Source: Anthoceros angustus (lineage: Eukaryota > Plantae > Anthocerotophyta). From it: 64,000 nt of DNA. Shown here piece by piece: positions 46,305 to 58,705 of the stretch; the stretch's first letter is position 1, and each line of letters opens with the position of its first letter. The DNA lies in contig VJWM01000221.1 of assembly GCA_010909165.1 (NCBI GenBank), positions 62,001 to 126,000 on the forward strand. The letters are read 5' to 3'. A program made the translations under genes and the position numbers. The notes beneath the pieces were generated by a model. The model was not told where the DNA came from, did not search any database, and saw nothing but the letters and a program-made list of their open reading frames with translations.

Positions 46305-48716
46305 CTAGATCATTCTCAGCTCGTACTCGCCAGCGGTTGTGATGTAACGAACCCACGGCAGAGCCTGGTATCCACTCTTCTCGATGATTTTCAGGTATCT
46401 CACCTGGGAAGATTTGGGATATTACATCAAGAGTGTTTGCCAGAGAGGGTTCTGACGAGAGAAAAGACCACAACAGCAAGAAAATTCTGGCGACCAGAGG
46501 CTCCCTTACCTGAATACCAGAGACTGTGAAGTAAGGAATCTCAAACTTCACTCGTATGGGTGGCCGCTTCTCAATAGTCGATTCCTCAGCAGCTATGCTT
46601 GGAAGCCCGAACTTCGCCCGCAACATGTATTCCTGCAGCTCGCGTGTCAGACAAACGTCGGCAGTACTTACACAATTGTACAGGAGTTAAACGAAGACTT
46701 AGGTCAGGACAAAACCTTTCCTCCCGGAAACGATTTTATTTTCCACAGCAGGGCCTCTCTCTCAGGTGCGTACACAGCAGTGCCCATTGACGTGCGCACA
46801 GCAGGAGTCGTGGCATCTGCAGGAACTGGTAATTCCAGCTCCACATTTGTGGCCGTGCTGCAAACCAAAAGAGACGACGGTTGAGGATGGCACAAAGGCA
46901 ACATTCAGGACAGACCAAGCGAACGCTTGTGTTGCTTGGAAGCAAAGATCAACAAATTTGATGTTTTTACCTCCGCTCCTTGAACTGACTTCGAGCTTTG
47001 ATCATATATTCGACACGGCTCCTGGAATGTCTCTCTACTTGCGCCTCCACCCAAATCAACGGCCTTACCTATCATAACGGATAACCAAGAGATAAGGACA
47101 CAAGACAAACGACTGCAGTCTAAGTTCGGAAAAGAGGCAGAGGTAGCACACCTGAGTGCTCAGGCGGTACGTCATCAAATCGAAAGCTCCATCAGGAGGG
47201 ATAAAGGATATGGTCCGGTCATTTTCAAACCGAGCCAGCCGCACACATCTGCAACAGTTCATCATAGCCCATGCGGATTTTCAACACAGCATATCGCTGA
47301 ACAGAGTCCTAAACTTGTGTCGCTGCCGAAAACACCAACCCACAAGAATGAAATCGTACAGTAGTGCAGTCAGCACAAGAACTCTTATGAAGGATAGGTC
47401 ATTAAGAACAGTGAGTCATACTGGTGGAATTTTATATCATCCAAGTCAATTGCTTTCCCTTTGGTTGCTCTTCCTTGAGCCTCCAACAGTACTCTGTCAT
47501 TCAGCCCTAGCTTGCACTCTGGCATACCACTGGACAAGCCAGCACAACTGGTTACCAAACCACTGTATTGTTCAGACCAGTACATAAATTCAATTTCACG
47601 GTCAGGAGAGCCGTACCTTAGGTATGTTCGCATCTTTAATGCACCGACCACATCAGACCGAACCAGCTGAGCTGAGCTGTTAACCAGTATGTTCACACTT
47701 TCCACCACATCCAGGAAGACCTGAAGGAAAGCGCGCAATACAATTTAAAACTGCGATTGTGCTAGCAGGGTAGGTTGTTAGATGTAGAACAAAAAACACA
47801 TGCTAACCTCATTCTTCTTGTACTTTATGCCCTCCATTCTCCAAGAGACGGCGTTTGTAACTGCCATGGGCGGACGGGTAGTCATCTCCAACTTGTAAGC
47901 ATCAGTTTTGATGAACTCGCTTAGAATCCTAGCCTCTGTGTACTGAGGGTACCCAAAATCCATCATCTCATCCAGCAACTCATACTGCGATATTAACAAG
48001 GGATCGCAGATCAGTAACACTGTTCACTCAGGACTGTAGACATTCCATTGACAGATTAAGAAACTCACCACCACCACAAAATTGTCACGCAGCGACTCCT
48101 CCTCGAGTTCCTCGAAGTAATGCTTGAAAACCTGCACAATGCCACATGAAAAGCTGACTCAACCACGAATCCATTTCCATAGCCCTAAACCCTAGCACTG
48201 CAGGACACTTACATCGACAACTCGGTGGAGAAAAAGCAAAAGACTGCAGGCATTGCAGTTCTGCTTCGAAGCAGTCATCACGTAGACATTGTTGTACTGA
48301 ATGAAGAGGTACGTCACACCATCGTCATAAACGACCGGATTTTGCGAGGAAGGGTCCCCCTGATCCAAACATTCCATTACAACGCACTTTCAGAAAGACA
48401 GTCGACAGGAGATCAAACCGAGGAGAGGCAAAGTTTGCTAGCAATCAATCTCACGAAAGGATTCACGATAATTGCAATAAAAAACAGCGGATTCTAGCCT
48501 GCCTAGTAAGAGCGACATACACCATGCTCGCACCGCCAACAGAGCCATAAAAAGCTTCCTTAAGAACAGCTCGATTCAACAACGCACCTCTCCCTCCATA
48601 AGCTTGGAGAAAAATTTCTCCACTTGCGATGCCGGAACATCGCCCCTATAGTCCCGCCAAATCAGCACGCGGCCCTTCATATCAAGCAGATAGATGGCAG
48701 ACGCGGCGCCCGCCAT
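46305..48716 (-). CDS. AP1M: AP-1 complex subunit mu, multi-exon
   Basis: MAGAASAIYLLDMKGRVLIWRDYRGDV; YELLDEMMDFGYPQYTE; VTNAVSWR; SGMPECKLGLND; FIPPDGAFDLMTYR; WKIKSFPGGK; FEIPYFTVSGIQVRYLKIIEKSGYQALPWVRYIT. Confidence 0.97.
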
Positions 48717-49500
48717 GGTGGCTCTACTCTCCCGATCTGTCCTGCTACGTGCGCACCTTCATCGACCAATCTAATTACGTACTCCGGCCCGACAGATTCG
48801 CCGAATCTCTAGGTTTGCTCATCGAAGGCGAGGCCGTGGCCGGCGGACTGGCCTGCGGAGCCACACCAGCCAGAGATCGGAGCAACTGCAATACTAGCAT
48901 TGGAGTAGCATCACTCTGCATCAGTTCCCATAACTGCAACACCACCACAACAAGACAACTCTCAATACAACATCCCTCCGTGCTCCACAGCTTCACAACC
49001 GCCTACTGAGCTTCGTTCCATCAGCAGCGGTAGCATCCGCGCGGCAGGACTTACAATCGCAAACACGTCATCCCTAATGCTGAGGCCTGCCAGTCGCGTA
49101 AGCTCCAGCACCTGCAGTTGCTCGGCAGTGGGAGCGTGCTTGGCGCAGAGCGAGGAGAGCGCGCGAGACGGAGACTGTGCTGGCTCCTGTGTGCCGGAAC
49201 TGCGCCAGCGACAGCGTGAGCATTCCGACGATGGCAGCATGTGGCTCCCCAACGCGAGAGCGGGGAAGGAGGGTAGATGCAGGGTTTGAGGTAAGTGAAA
49301 CGAGACACAGCATCTTCACACACTCAGGTGGCGAGTCGCGTGAGTCGCGTGAGTTGCGTGAGTCGTATGAGTCGACGCCGGCCTTGTCGATTCGTGAATG
49401 AATTCGGTGGCTCAACTAGTTTGAGACGTGCGATTCGCACTGCCAGTTTGTATGTAGTTTATGTACATGAATTGGGCGAGCAGATGTGAAGCCACGATTG

Positions 49501-52500
49501 CTACAGAACGTGGGAAACCGGGACGATCATCTCCAAGCCGAGTTGCAAGGCGCTCTCGGACTTGTCAAAATGAGGATCATGTGGGAAGAGACGTCTTTGC
49601 TCCGCACTGGGCTTGGCCAGCCACGACCAGTACACCCAGGCTGCTGCCATCACTGCTGCGGTGGACAAAGCTGCCAAGCTCCCGAAATGGGCCACGTCGT
49701 TTGCGACAATGGCGACTCCCAGCATCACCAACTCTGCCAAGCTTGCTAAAGACACCTCCGTTGTGCCGATCAGATTGGCCTCTGACACAGGGATGGCCGT
49801 CTGAAAGATCTGGGCATCCACCATGTCGTAGGCCCACTGGCCTAGCCTAGACATAACCTGGATGGTCATGGACATGGCCATGGCATAGCATGTCAGTTTT
49901 GATACGGGTTTCTGAAGGAAGACAATGGTTGGAGACGGGGTTGGACTTACTATGAGGGAGAGGAACACAAAGAGTGATCCCTTGTGGCCAAATGGGTTGA
50001 ACAAATATACACCTACTGCCATAGCAAGCAGTGAAGCCTGGAAGGTGAGGGCGGCAGCTCCAGACTGCACAACGTTTGGCAGAGTGAGATCAATTTTCGA
50101 GAGCTGGCCATGAGGGTTGATGAAGGAGCAGACGGGTGATTGGGTGCTTACCCGCAAGACGCCGAGCTTCGAGATGAGATTGGCAGATACAAATGTGGCA
50201 GCGAATCCCATGAGGGCGCAGAGACCCCTGAACGTGCCCACGACTGAAGGACTCAAGCCTGCCCAGGAGAACAATGGCAAGTCAGTGGAGTGATTGAAGA
50301 GCTGCCACTGCTAGGGCTGGTTGATGCAAGCCAGACGCTCACCTCGCTGAGTGAGGAATGTTGTCATTAGACCACCAGGGGCCAGGACGGCGTTGAAGTA
50401 GAGAAGCACGTATGCTAAACTGGCAGGCAGGACAGGCTGTGCTAGGTACTTCTTCCATCCCAAGATGACGGAGTTGGAAGGTTTTCCTGTGAGGGAGGAG
50501 ACAATGCAGGCCGCAGATGTCAAGGTGACTGGAGCTCAGAGAACGTGAAACGGAAAGTTTGTGGTGGAAAAAGGTACAGACCTTGCACTTCCTCGGGGCT
50601 CCAGCTGGATGTCGGTCCAGAGCTAGAACCACGCTGGGGGACATGTTTTGGTCTGTTCAAAGCTCCACTTGACACTCTGTCTGTCCGGAAAACCAGAACG
50701 ACCTGCAGGATCCCCCTCACAGAGCTGGGTTTCAAAAAATTGGAATACGTCCTGAGCAAAGGTGCAACCGAACGAAGGTTGAGCACCACTGTGGAACTCA
50801 CCAACAGAGGAAGAGAGATGACCATAGCGCCAACCGCCACATACAGGCAGGTTACAGGATTGAAAGCTGATAGCAATATCCCGAAGGCAAAAGGACCAGC
50901 AATCTGAAACAAAAAGGAACAGATGTTTAGAAGTCCCCACAAGGCTAGTAACAGCGACAATGAAAGCCAGTGGCTAAGATCTCCTATTACCTCACATATC
51001 AGATCCACTCGCCGCAGCATTGCATTGGCGTTGGCTAATGCAATAGGGCGGTTTGCCCCTGCCAACTGCATGGCGTGATGCACTCAGTCAAGAGATTGAA
51101 TGGCTGTTTGAATTCCCACAGGACGACCTAGGCATGACCTTAATGCTTACCAGCACAACCCAATCCCTTTCAAATGCAACTCCTGTCGCTAATCCGGTAA
51201 GCCTTTCCACACTTCCGGCCAGGACGAGAACAATGAACCATGGCTGGAAAACTAGCGCAGACGCAGTAGATGCAACTGCAACTCCTTTCCTAAGCGCTTG
51301 AATAGTAACACCTGCTGACAAGAGCATGGCTGCGGTCTGCAACAAGTTTTAGGGAACGCTTTCAGATAAACTCCCAGATGGTTACAAATGATTTGGTCCG
51401 TATATTGGCAGCAGACATAGAACCTTCACCTGAATAGCACTCAGAGTGTTGAAGGACACGACTCTTGGCATGGAATCCATCAAAGCCCCCACATATGGCC
51501 CCGCTGCAAATATCACGAGCTGCCAAAACACAAACAGCGTGTTGGAAACAGACATCCCAAGCTGGCAAGGTTATGGAACTGAAACCATACACTGGTTTCA
51601 GATGCAGACTTCGGAGTGAACAAGCTATCCATCAACAGGTTACTGAAGCGGTGGGGAGGGTGTGTCTGGTCAGCTCGGCTCGGCTCGGCCTAGTTTAGAA
51701 GAGGGACTCAGCACACACCAGTACTGGAGTAGACCTACCTGACTTGCAAAGCTGACCACTGCCACCGGAAGGAGGCTATGGTGCAGGAGGGCCACCAGCG
51801 CAGGCCAGGCAAAGTGCCAGGTATGCTCCACAAAGCACGATGCAAAGTAGCTTCCATACATAGCTGAAGGACGCACGGAGACAATGTGAGAGAATGGAGG
51901 TTACCTGGCCCACAAAGCTGACAACGGCCACAGGCAGGAGGCTATCGTGGAGAACCGCAAGCACCACAGGCCAAGCAAACCGCCATACTCGTTCCATAAA
52001 GCATGACACCACATAGGTGACATACATGGCTGAAAGCCACGGGAATCCACGCCAGCAAAACATACTATTTAGCTGAATGTGGCCCTTGCATCTACATCCT
52101 GACATCAAATCATCCCACTCCCAACAACAAGACTGAAAAGAAGGAAATTCGTTTGCTGCATTCCGCATTTCCATAATCCATTCTGCCATGCCATCATACC
52201 GTTCAGGCCATCAGGGTGAGCCGGTGTGGCAGCAAGTGCCTTCTGCTCTTCCAGAGACAGCACCTGCAACAAACAGAGACAGCACTCAACCCACCATTTT
52301 CAATCTCCAACCCACCACCTCATTCTCCGCCCATCACCCGACCTTGCATGAACACCAAATGCCCAACAAAACCCAACAAGACCCACACCTGCACATCCAA
52401 AAGGGGCTCCGCAGTCCCCTCGAAAACCTCCTGCCCAGCCTCCGCCCTGGGCAAACAGTGCCCCGCCTCCGCACCCCCCAGCAGATCATGCGTCTCGATC

Positions 52501-52966
52501 ACCGAAGGAGGCAACAACGACACCCTCTCGTCTTGCAAGAAGCTCTTGGGATTAAACCTCTGCTTCCTGCATGCACCAAAAGCCCCCCGTCACAACCACC
52601 CCACGCCTCATCACCCCCCGAATCCCCACACCCTGCATCTCCTCCCGCCCAGTACCTGGGCAGCAGCAGCGGCGTCCAACCCAGTCGTGCAAATCCCTGC
52701 CTCCCGCCCCTCCGCCGGAAGAAGACCGTGACACCCCTCCTCCCGCTCCGATCGCCATGGCGGGGGCAGCAGCACCGCGTCCCCAGCCGGGGCGACGGCG
52801 CCGCCATGAAACACTCCCCATCCCCCACCCCTCCCGCTCCGCTCCTCACCACCTGCAGACTCCCCGGCGCTGAACCGGGCACAGCCCACCTCGATCTCAC
52901 CTCCCGCAAGCTGTCTCGCACGCAACCCACCTTCTCCCTGCTCCAATGCACGCAACCCAACACCAT
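49501..52966 (-). CDS. IREG3: Solute carrier family 40 (ferroportin) IREG3/MAR1-like transporter, probably plastid-targeted, with duplicated exon pair
   Basis: [97 protein letters not shown]. 5' end uncertain (ATG 52966 is tentative). Confidence 0.9.
51739..51863 (-). other. IREG3 alternative exon B (125 bp): [42 protein letters not shown]
   Basis: Acceptor CCTTCAG| and donor CAG|GTAGGT; same length and phases as exon A; only 41 nt from exon A. Confidence 0.85.
51905..52029 (-). other. IREG3 alternative exon A (125 bp): [42 protein letters not shown]
   Basis: Acceptor CTTTCAG| and donor CAG|GTAACC; open and in frame with both flanking exons. Confidence 0.85.
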
Positions 52967-54285
52967 GGCCGCGCCCGAGCTGCCCCCTCCCACCCCGCCT
53001 GCTGCGTTCCCGTTCCCGTTCGGTGCCCGCCAAGCCACCAGCCAAAGCCCGGCAGCCAGCGGGGGCTCTTCGACGAGCCAACTGTCTGATTTCCGCGCCG
53101 TTCCTTTCGGTTCCCCTGCCGCCGGCTTATCCAATCACCTTCCCTCGAATTCTACACAACAGCCAATGCAGCCCACCGCCAGTTAGTCTCCATACCCCAC
53201 TATGTAGACAGCGCAGAGGAAGATTCTGGCCGGAATCAGATGATCCAATCTGGGGTGGGCCGTGGAGGGAGCAGTCCCTGGCCTCCAGGCCTTTGTCACC
53301 CTGCCGGGGGGCCCCACCGGCATGGCAGCCATGCGTCCAATGCCCTACCGCGTTACATGGAAAGGACGCAGCCACGTAGTGTGAAGAAGAAGCAGGAATT
53401 CCAGGAATTCTATTGAATTCCAGTCTAGAGGACTTGGTAGCTTGCCAACTTGGAACATGGGTGTGAGTAGGCTACTTGCATCCTTCGTCTCGGGGTAGAT
53501 GGGATTTCCATCTCTTTGTTTTATATGAAGTCTCCTCAGTGGGCCGCATTGGTCATTGGTCCATAGCTCTGGGCGTGTCGGAGGAAGAGCCACAAAATCG
53601 CGAGCGGCCGGACAACCGTGCACATCGCCGCTGCCTGCTCCAATGCTCTTCGCTCCTTCCAGATCTGCCCCTCCATTACGTTGCATTGAACGGGGCTTTC
53701 GACCCAACGTCGCTGGGATTCTATTTGCTTCATAAAGCGTTGGGCAATCTTGGTCAAATTTCGTGCGTTGGAAGGTGATGCAATAAAATCGGGTTTGCTA
53801 CATATTGGAACACACACCCAAATTTGGCATGGGTAGACAAGGTGGATTAATATTAAAAATATTATTTTCAGATATATAATTTTCAGTTGATTTAACACAT
53901 CATCAACTTCAACTCTCTAGCTAGATGCAATTGTTTCTTCTTGTCCGCACCTCCTTGCCCCCTCAGGTCCAACTGTCACAACAGGGCTTGCAGCTCACTC
54001 TGATGTGAGGTAGTTGTCCTAGGCGAGGACACCTCCTGCCTGGTGAAACGGCATAGACGGTCTCTTAGCTGCCGACGCCGTGGCTGGGGCTCCTTTGAGG
54101 ATGTAGACATGGTGGCTATTAGCTTACGCTCCACACACTCCCTCTAGAATACACTCAAGGTGTACAAGAAGAAGAGAGGTATCGCACACTTGTGGCGATA
54201 AGGTTTCTCCAAGGCCCTCAAGGTTAAATAGCAAAGGAGGGTGGTAGGGGGCATAGAGCAGCTCCGAATGAGACACTCGCAGTGG

Positions 54286-54504
54286 TCTCCATCTTAGCTG
54301 GCGCGTCAAGGAAAGGACTGAAGCTATAGAGTAGACTGTGCAACACCCACTGAAACGATCAAGAAGTGGGGGTGATGAAGTATAGCTATGCTTCTCTCCA
54401 TCTTAGCTGGCGTGCGAAGGAAAGGACTGAAGCGAAAGAATAGACTGTGCAACACCCACCGAAATGATCAAGAAGTGGGGGTGATGAAGTATAGCTATGC
54501 TTCT
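54286..54504. repeat. 109-bp tandem duplication
   Basis: TCTCCATCTTAGCTGGCG...GTATAGCTATGCTTCT at 54286 and 54395. Confidence 0.9.
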
Positions 54505-54605
54505 GTGTTAACCATTTACGGGCTAAGGGTTCATACCATAGTAAATATTTGATCATAGGGGGAGCTTATTGATTAATAGGTGTACCCGTTCCTTAGGGTT
54601 ACATC

Positions 54606-55073
54606 CAGGGTGTCATTTTGACCGAGTACTAGCTCAGTCCCGGGACCGCCTAGCCTGGCTACGCTCGGTCCCGGACCGAGCAGGGACCGTGCCTTTTTGC
54701 GACCCTAGGTCACTAAATATAATAAATATTAAATAAATAATTTATAAATAATAATATAAAAATAAAAATATCTAGTAAAATTCTTTATGACCATATCAAT
54801 TATAAGATGGGTCCATGTATTTATAATAAATATAAATCCTTGGATATAAAATTAAATAATTTATTAATTTTAAACCGGACCTTTTATGAACCCTCGGTCC
54901 CCTATCTTTTCGGGGACCGAGGGTGAGGACCGGACTCCTGAAGAACCTCCGGTCCCATGGTTTTTTTAACACATGCCGGGACCGGGACCGAGCTTGGGAC
55001 GGGGTCAAAATGACACCCTGGTTACATGCCGGGACCGGGACCGAGCTTGGGACGGGGTCAAAATGACACCCTG
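54606..55073. mobile_element. hAT-type MITE with duplicated right terminus
   Basis: TIR CAGGGTGTCATTTTGAC / GTCAAAATGACACCCTG; 8-bp TSD GTTACATC at 54598-54605 and 55074-55081; AT-rich core; the last ~53 bp occur twice (ends at 55020 and 55073). Confidence 0.9.
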
Positions 55074-55305
55074 GTTACATCCCTAGGTGAATAGACGGAT
55101 CTTTTTAGTTTAAGTTGAGTTGTCCTTTCTCTTGATGAATATATGAAGAGTAGAAGTTATTAATAGGTGAGATGGGGAATCCCATCTACCCTTGAAGTCC
55201 GAGGAGGAACAACCCAAAAAGGGCTAATAGTAAAAGGGGAAGTCCTTTGATGAATACATTGTTGATTAATTGACCTATATTGTTCCTATAAATCGTCACT
55301 ATTCA

Positions 55306-56948
55306 TTCATCTCGGTATCTACATACTTGGGAGCGCGCAAAGCTGAATTCATAAGACTACCATTTCAGCATGTTGGCCAATCGTGGGCCAACAAGACTAC
55401 GCACTAGGGAGTGGATGGCCCGAATGCACCAATAGCTTCGTGGACTCCGTGTATCCTATATTTGCGGGTGTGCCGGAAGTGCGCCAGGACTCCCAGCCGA
55501 CTCATGCATCCCGGCCTCGCGGTGTGTGGGGAGTGTGCCAAGGCTCCCGGTGTGTCGATCTCATGGTAGCACGCCCCAGTAGCATGGCAGACATGGTGAG
55601 AGACTCGCGTCTCAGCATTCCGAGGAAAAAGAATTTGCAGAGAAATTTGTGAGGCTTAAGTCCAAGTACAAAATCAACCTCGGAGCGCGGCGAAAATAGA
55701 AAAAGAAGGGTGTCAAAATCCAAGTATCATTGTTCCTTGGCCGATAGTAATTGGGGGCTTTGGGAAGCAAAATTTGATGTAAGATTCCCAAGGGCCAAGG
55801 ACAACTTAGGTATATTAATGATGACAAGCTTGTGATATCGTTGAAGCTAACAAGAACAACATTATGTCTCAGTTACAGACATCAACATTCGACTTGGTAA
55901 GTCTCTAGTTGTTCATTGAAAAGCTATACAAAAACATGATGTTCTACATGTTGGAATAGTGAGTGATTTTTTTATGTGAATAAATTTCCAGTTATTAATG
56001 ACTTTTCATGTTTGTGAATGAAATTTTTTATTATGAATCTTTTTTATTTTGGATTGGGAATGACTTCTCACCTTTGTGTCGAGCAGAAAATCTACAATGA
56101 ACGCGGAGAAAATTTTGAAGATATTTACATGTTAGGAACGAAAATTGGAACAGGATCTTTTGGAATTGTTTATGAATGTACGAATTGGAGTACAAAACAA
56201 TTATGGGCCTGTAAATGCATCTCCAAATTAGGGAAGAAAACAGGATCCATTGAAAATATGAGGCTTGAAACACGTATTATGAAACATCTTCCAAACCATC
56301 CCAATATCATAGAATTCCAAGATTTTTTTGAGAATAATAATGAAGTACAGATCGTTATGGAATTATGCAAAGGAGGCGATATGTTTGACTATATTAATAC
56401 TAGAAGACAATATCGAGAGCAAGATATTGTTAAATTATTTCAACAAGTGATTCAAGCTATCCAATTTTGCCATGACCAAGGAATTATACATAGAGATTTG
56501 AAACCAAACAATTTCCTTTTTGTTGATGGTGACAAGCAAGTCTTAAAACTAGCTGATTTTGGATTGGCCACTTTTCGTACCAAAGATTATAAGCATTCTG
56601 CTGTTGTGGGTACTAACTCTTATATGGCTCCAGAGGTATTTAACCAAAGCTATGGGCTGGAAGCAGATATATGGAGTGCAGGCATAATGTTACATGCTTT
56701 ATTGAGTGGATATACTCCTCCCTTTCATGGAAACGGAGTTTATCGAAAACTAAACTTGACGGGAAATCCTTGGAAAAAAATTTCATTGAATGGGAAGGCT
56801 TTATTACAACTTATGCTAAATCCTCATCCATGGCTACGCCCAACCTCAGAACAAATCCTTAACCATGCATGGATGAAGATGTAGAATTTGTTACATACAA
56901 TGGAGTAATATATGCCCTTTCTATTATGATATAAATTTTCTAAGTTAT
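55306..56948 (+). repeat. ~1.6-kb dispersed repeat (LINE 3' tip + spacer + kinase), inverted relative to ~27692-29545
   Basis: 55306 TCATCTCGGTATCTACATACTTGGGAG is the reverse complement of ~29517-29543; collinear through the kinase to about TATAAATTTTCTAAGTTA. Confidence 0.85.
56018..56884 (+). CDS. Intronless Ser/Thr kinase, CDPK/CAMK-type catalytic domain without calmodulin-like domain
   Basis: IGTGSFGIVY, WACKCI, HPNII, VMELCKGG, HRDLKPNN, LADFGLA, VVGTNSYMAPE, DIWSAG, RPTSEQILNHAW; ends just after subdomain XI. Confidence 0.85.
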   Translation: MKFFIMNLFYFGLGMTSHLCVEQKIYNERGENFEDIYMLGTKIGTGSFGIVYECTNWSTKQLWACKCISKLGKKTGSIENMRLETRIMKHLPNHPNIIEFQDFFENNNEVQIVMELCKGGDMFDYINTRRQYREQDIVKLFQQVIQAIQFCHDQGIIHRDLKPNNFLFVDGDKQVLKLADFGLATFRTKDYKHSAVVGTNSYMAPEVFNQSYGLEADIWSAGIMLHALLSGYTPPFHGNGVYRKLNLTGNPWKKISLNGKALLQLMLNPHPWLRPTSEQILNHAWMKM

Positions 56949-57700
56949 TATTTTAAAAATATTATTCAGTCTCCTAGCTAGGTTCTTCTCCATCGTCGAT
57001 CTCCCAGCTAAACAAGTACTCCTTGATGCTTCTTCCACGCACCTGCCTCTCACAAGAGCGGTTGGCCGGCAGATTAGCTTGTCGCCAATTTCGAAACTCT
57101 TGCGTTTTGCTGGCTTGTGACCGGCTCCAACATCCTCTCCCGTCTTCTGTTCTATAGCTACCAGCTCTTGGGTGGCGGCATCTGACTCGCCCAATTGTTG
57201 GAACTCTGGCACCTTGGCGGTCTCACTTCTCTGTCCTGAGGTCAGTTCGTCTAAAAATTGTTGGGTTGGAGCAGCACCCACAAACCTCTTTAGCAAGGAA
57301 ACATGGAAGCTCTTGCACATGCGCCAGCTACTAGACATGTCAAGCTGATATGCTACAAGTAACATTTTCTTTTTGACACAAAATGGGCCCACGTACCTGC
57401 AGGACAGCTTGGCTTTGCCCTCTTGCAGCTTAGAATTCCTCTTTGGCTGCAATCTTAACCACACCCAGTTGTTGACTTCGTGCTGCTCATATATCTCGCC
57501 ATTTTTTGTTTGCATGTGTTGAGCTTTGTTGGTTGATGGCTCTCATTTGTTGGACGGCGTATGCAAGGGCTTCTCACATTTCTTTGCTGAGCTCAATCAC
57601 GGCTTTCAGAACTCCCTGCAGCACAGGCCAAAGTCTGGGCGGCGGGATCCCGTCACACATTGTCTTGCTGAGTTGTAAGCAAATTCCACCAATGGTAGCA
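56940..57700 (-). mobile_element. Degenerate Ty3/Gypsy integrase C-terminal fragment
   Basis: VWLRLQPKR..KLSCRYVGPF..VAYQL..FHVSLLK. Confidence 0.75.
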
Positions 57701-58564
57701 TGTCTTCCCAACTTCCTTGCTTGTCGTGACAATAGGGCCTGAGCAAATCTTCCATTATTTGATTCATCTTCTCGCTTGCTCCATTACTCTGTGCGTCATA
57801 TGCAACCTAATCCTACACGCAAGGACCAAACATGTGGAGGTACAACATCATTTCATCCCACAGGTGGTTGCTCAGAAGTAAGTGCAACTATAGTATGTCA
57901 ATACTGGTGATAACAAATCAAACCTGCTCACTGAGGGACTGTCCAAGAGGATGCTCAGGAACAGCTGCAGACAAGCATGCCTGATGGACGTCATGGCTAG
58001 CGTAGAACGAAGAACTTCATATCAACAGCGAGGGGGGAGTGAACATTGTGGAGATAGGAGGTCTTAGACGCTGCCAAACCGAAGTTAGGTTTAGGGCATG
58101 TTTCGCGAAGCTTAGACATAAACAATGTTTAAGTAGCTGTTGATATAGTTGAGTAAGTTTCGTCATTATCAATTGCCTGATGACAGTTACAACTCACTCG
58201 ACCGTGTATATATACCCATTTTGCCTTTCAATAAAATATTCCTCTTTCGCTCAAGCGGATTCTTTACTATTTCTCCATATCCCCTCATTTATTTATTTTT
58301 TTCTCCCTCCCCATTTTTTCGTTTTTCCCCTTCTCTTTATCTTCCATATTTATATTACTTTCTCATTTTCTCTTTTTTCACAAATATATTTTCTAGATAC
58401 CTCTCTCTTTCCTTTCCTTCTCTCTCCTAGTCCTAATGCCCTTCTCCCTCTCCCAATACGCCGATCCACACTCCCTCGGCGAGTTATGTTGCGCCAATTC
58501 GTTCAACCTAGTTTCTGGCATGGTGACCTCCCCAGTGTGAGCCCTGACATATTGAACTCCCTGG

Positions 58565-58705
58565 TGTGAGTCCGAAGGCGTTAGAGTACTTGACAATGGA
58601 TCTATGAAGGAACCAAATATTTCTTCCTGTGAGTTTCTTGTGAGCTCGAAGGCGCTAGAGTACTTTCTTGTGGGTTCGGAGCCGCTAGAGTACTTGATAA
58701 TGGAT
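58565..58705. repeat. Three short degenerate repeats (GAAGGCG.TAGAGTACTT core) in probable LTR-derived DNA
   Basis: Core recurs near 58575, 58648 and 58680. Confidence 0.55.

Noticed and set aside
48962-49415. Short minus-strand ORFs and 9-bp GAGTCGCGT repeats between AP1M and IREG3
   Set aside because: No recognisable product or consistent splice model; probably UTR or promoter DNA.
52188-53186. 332-aa plus-strand ORF and other overlapping ORFs
   Set aside because: Antisense shadows of the GC-rich 5' exons and introns of the IREG3-like gene.
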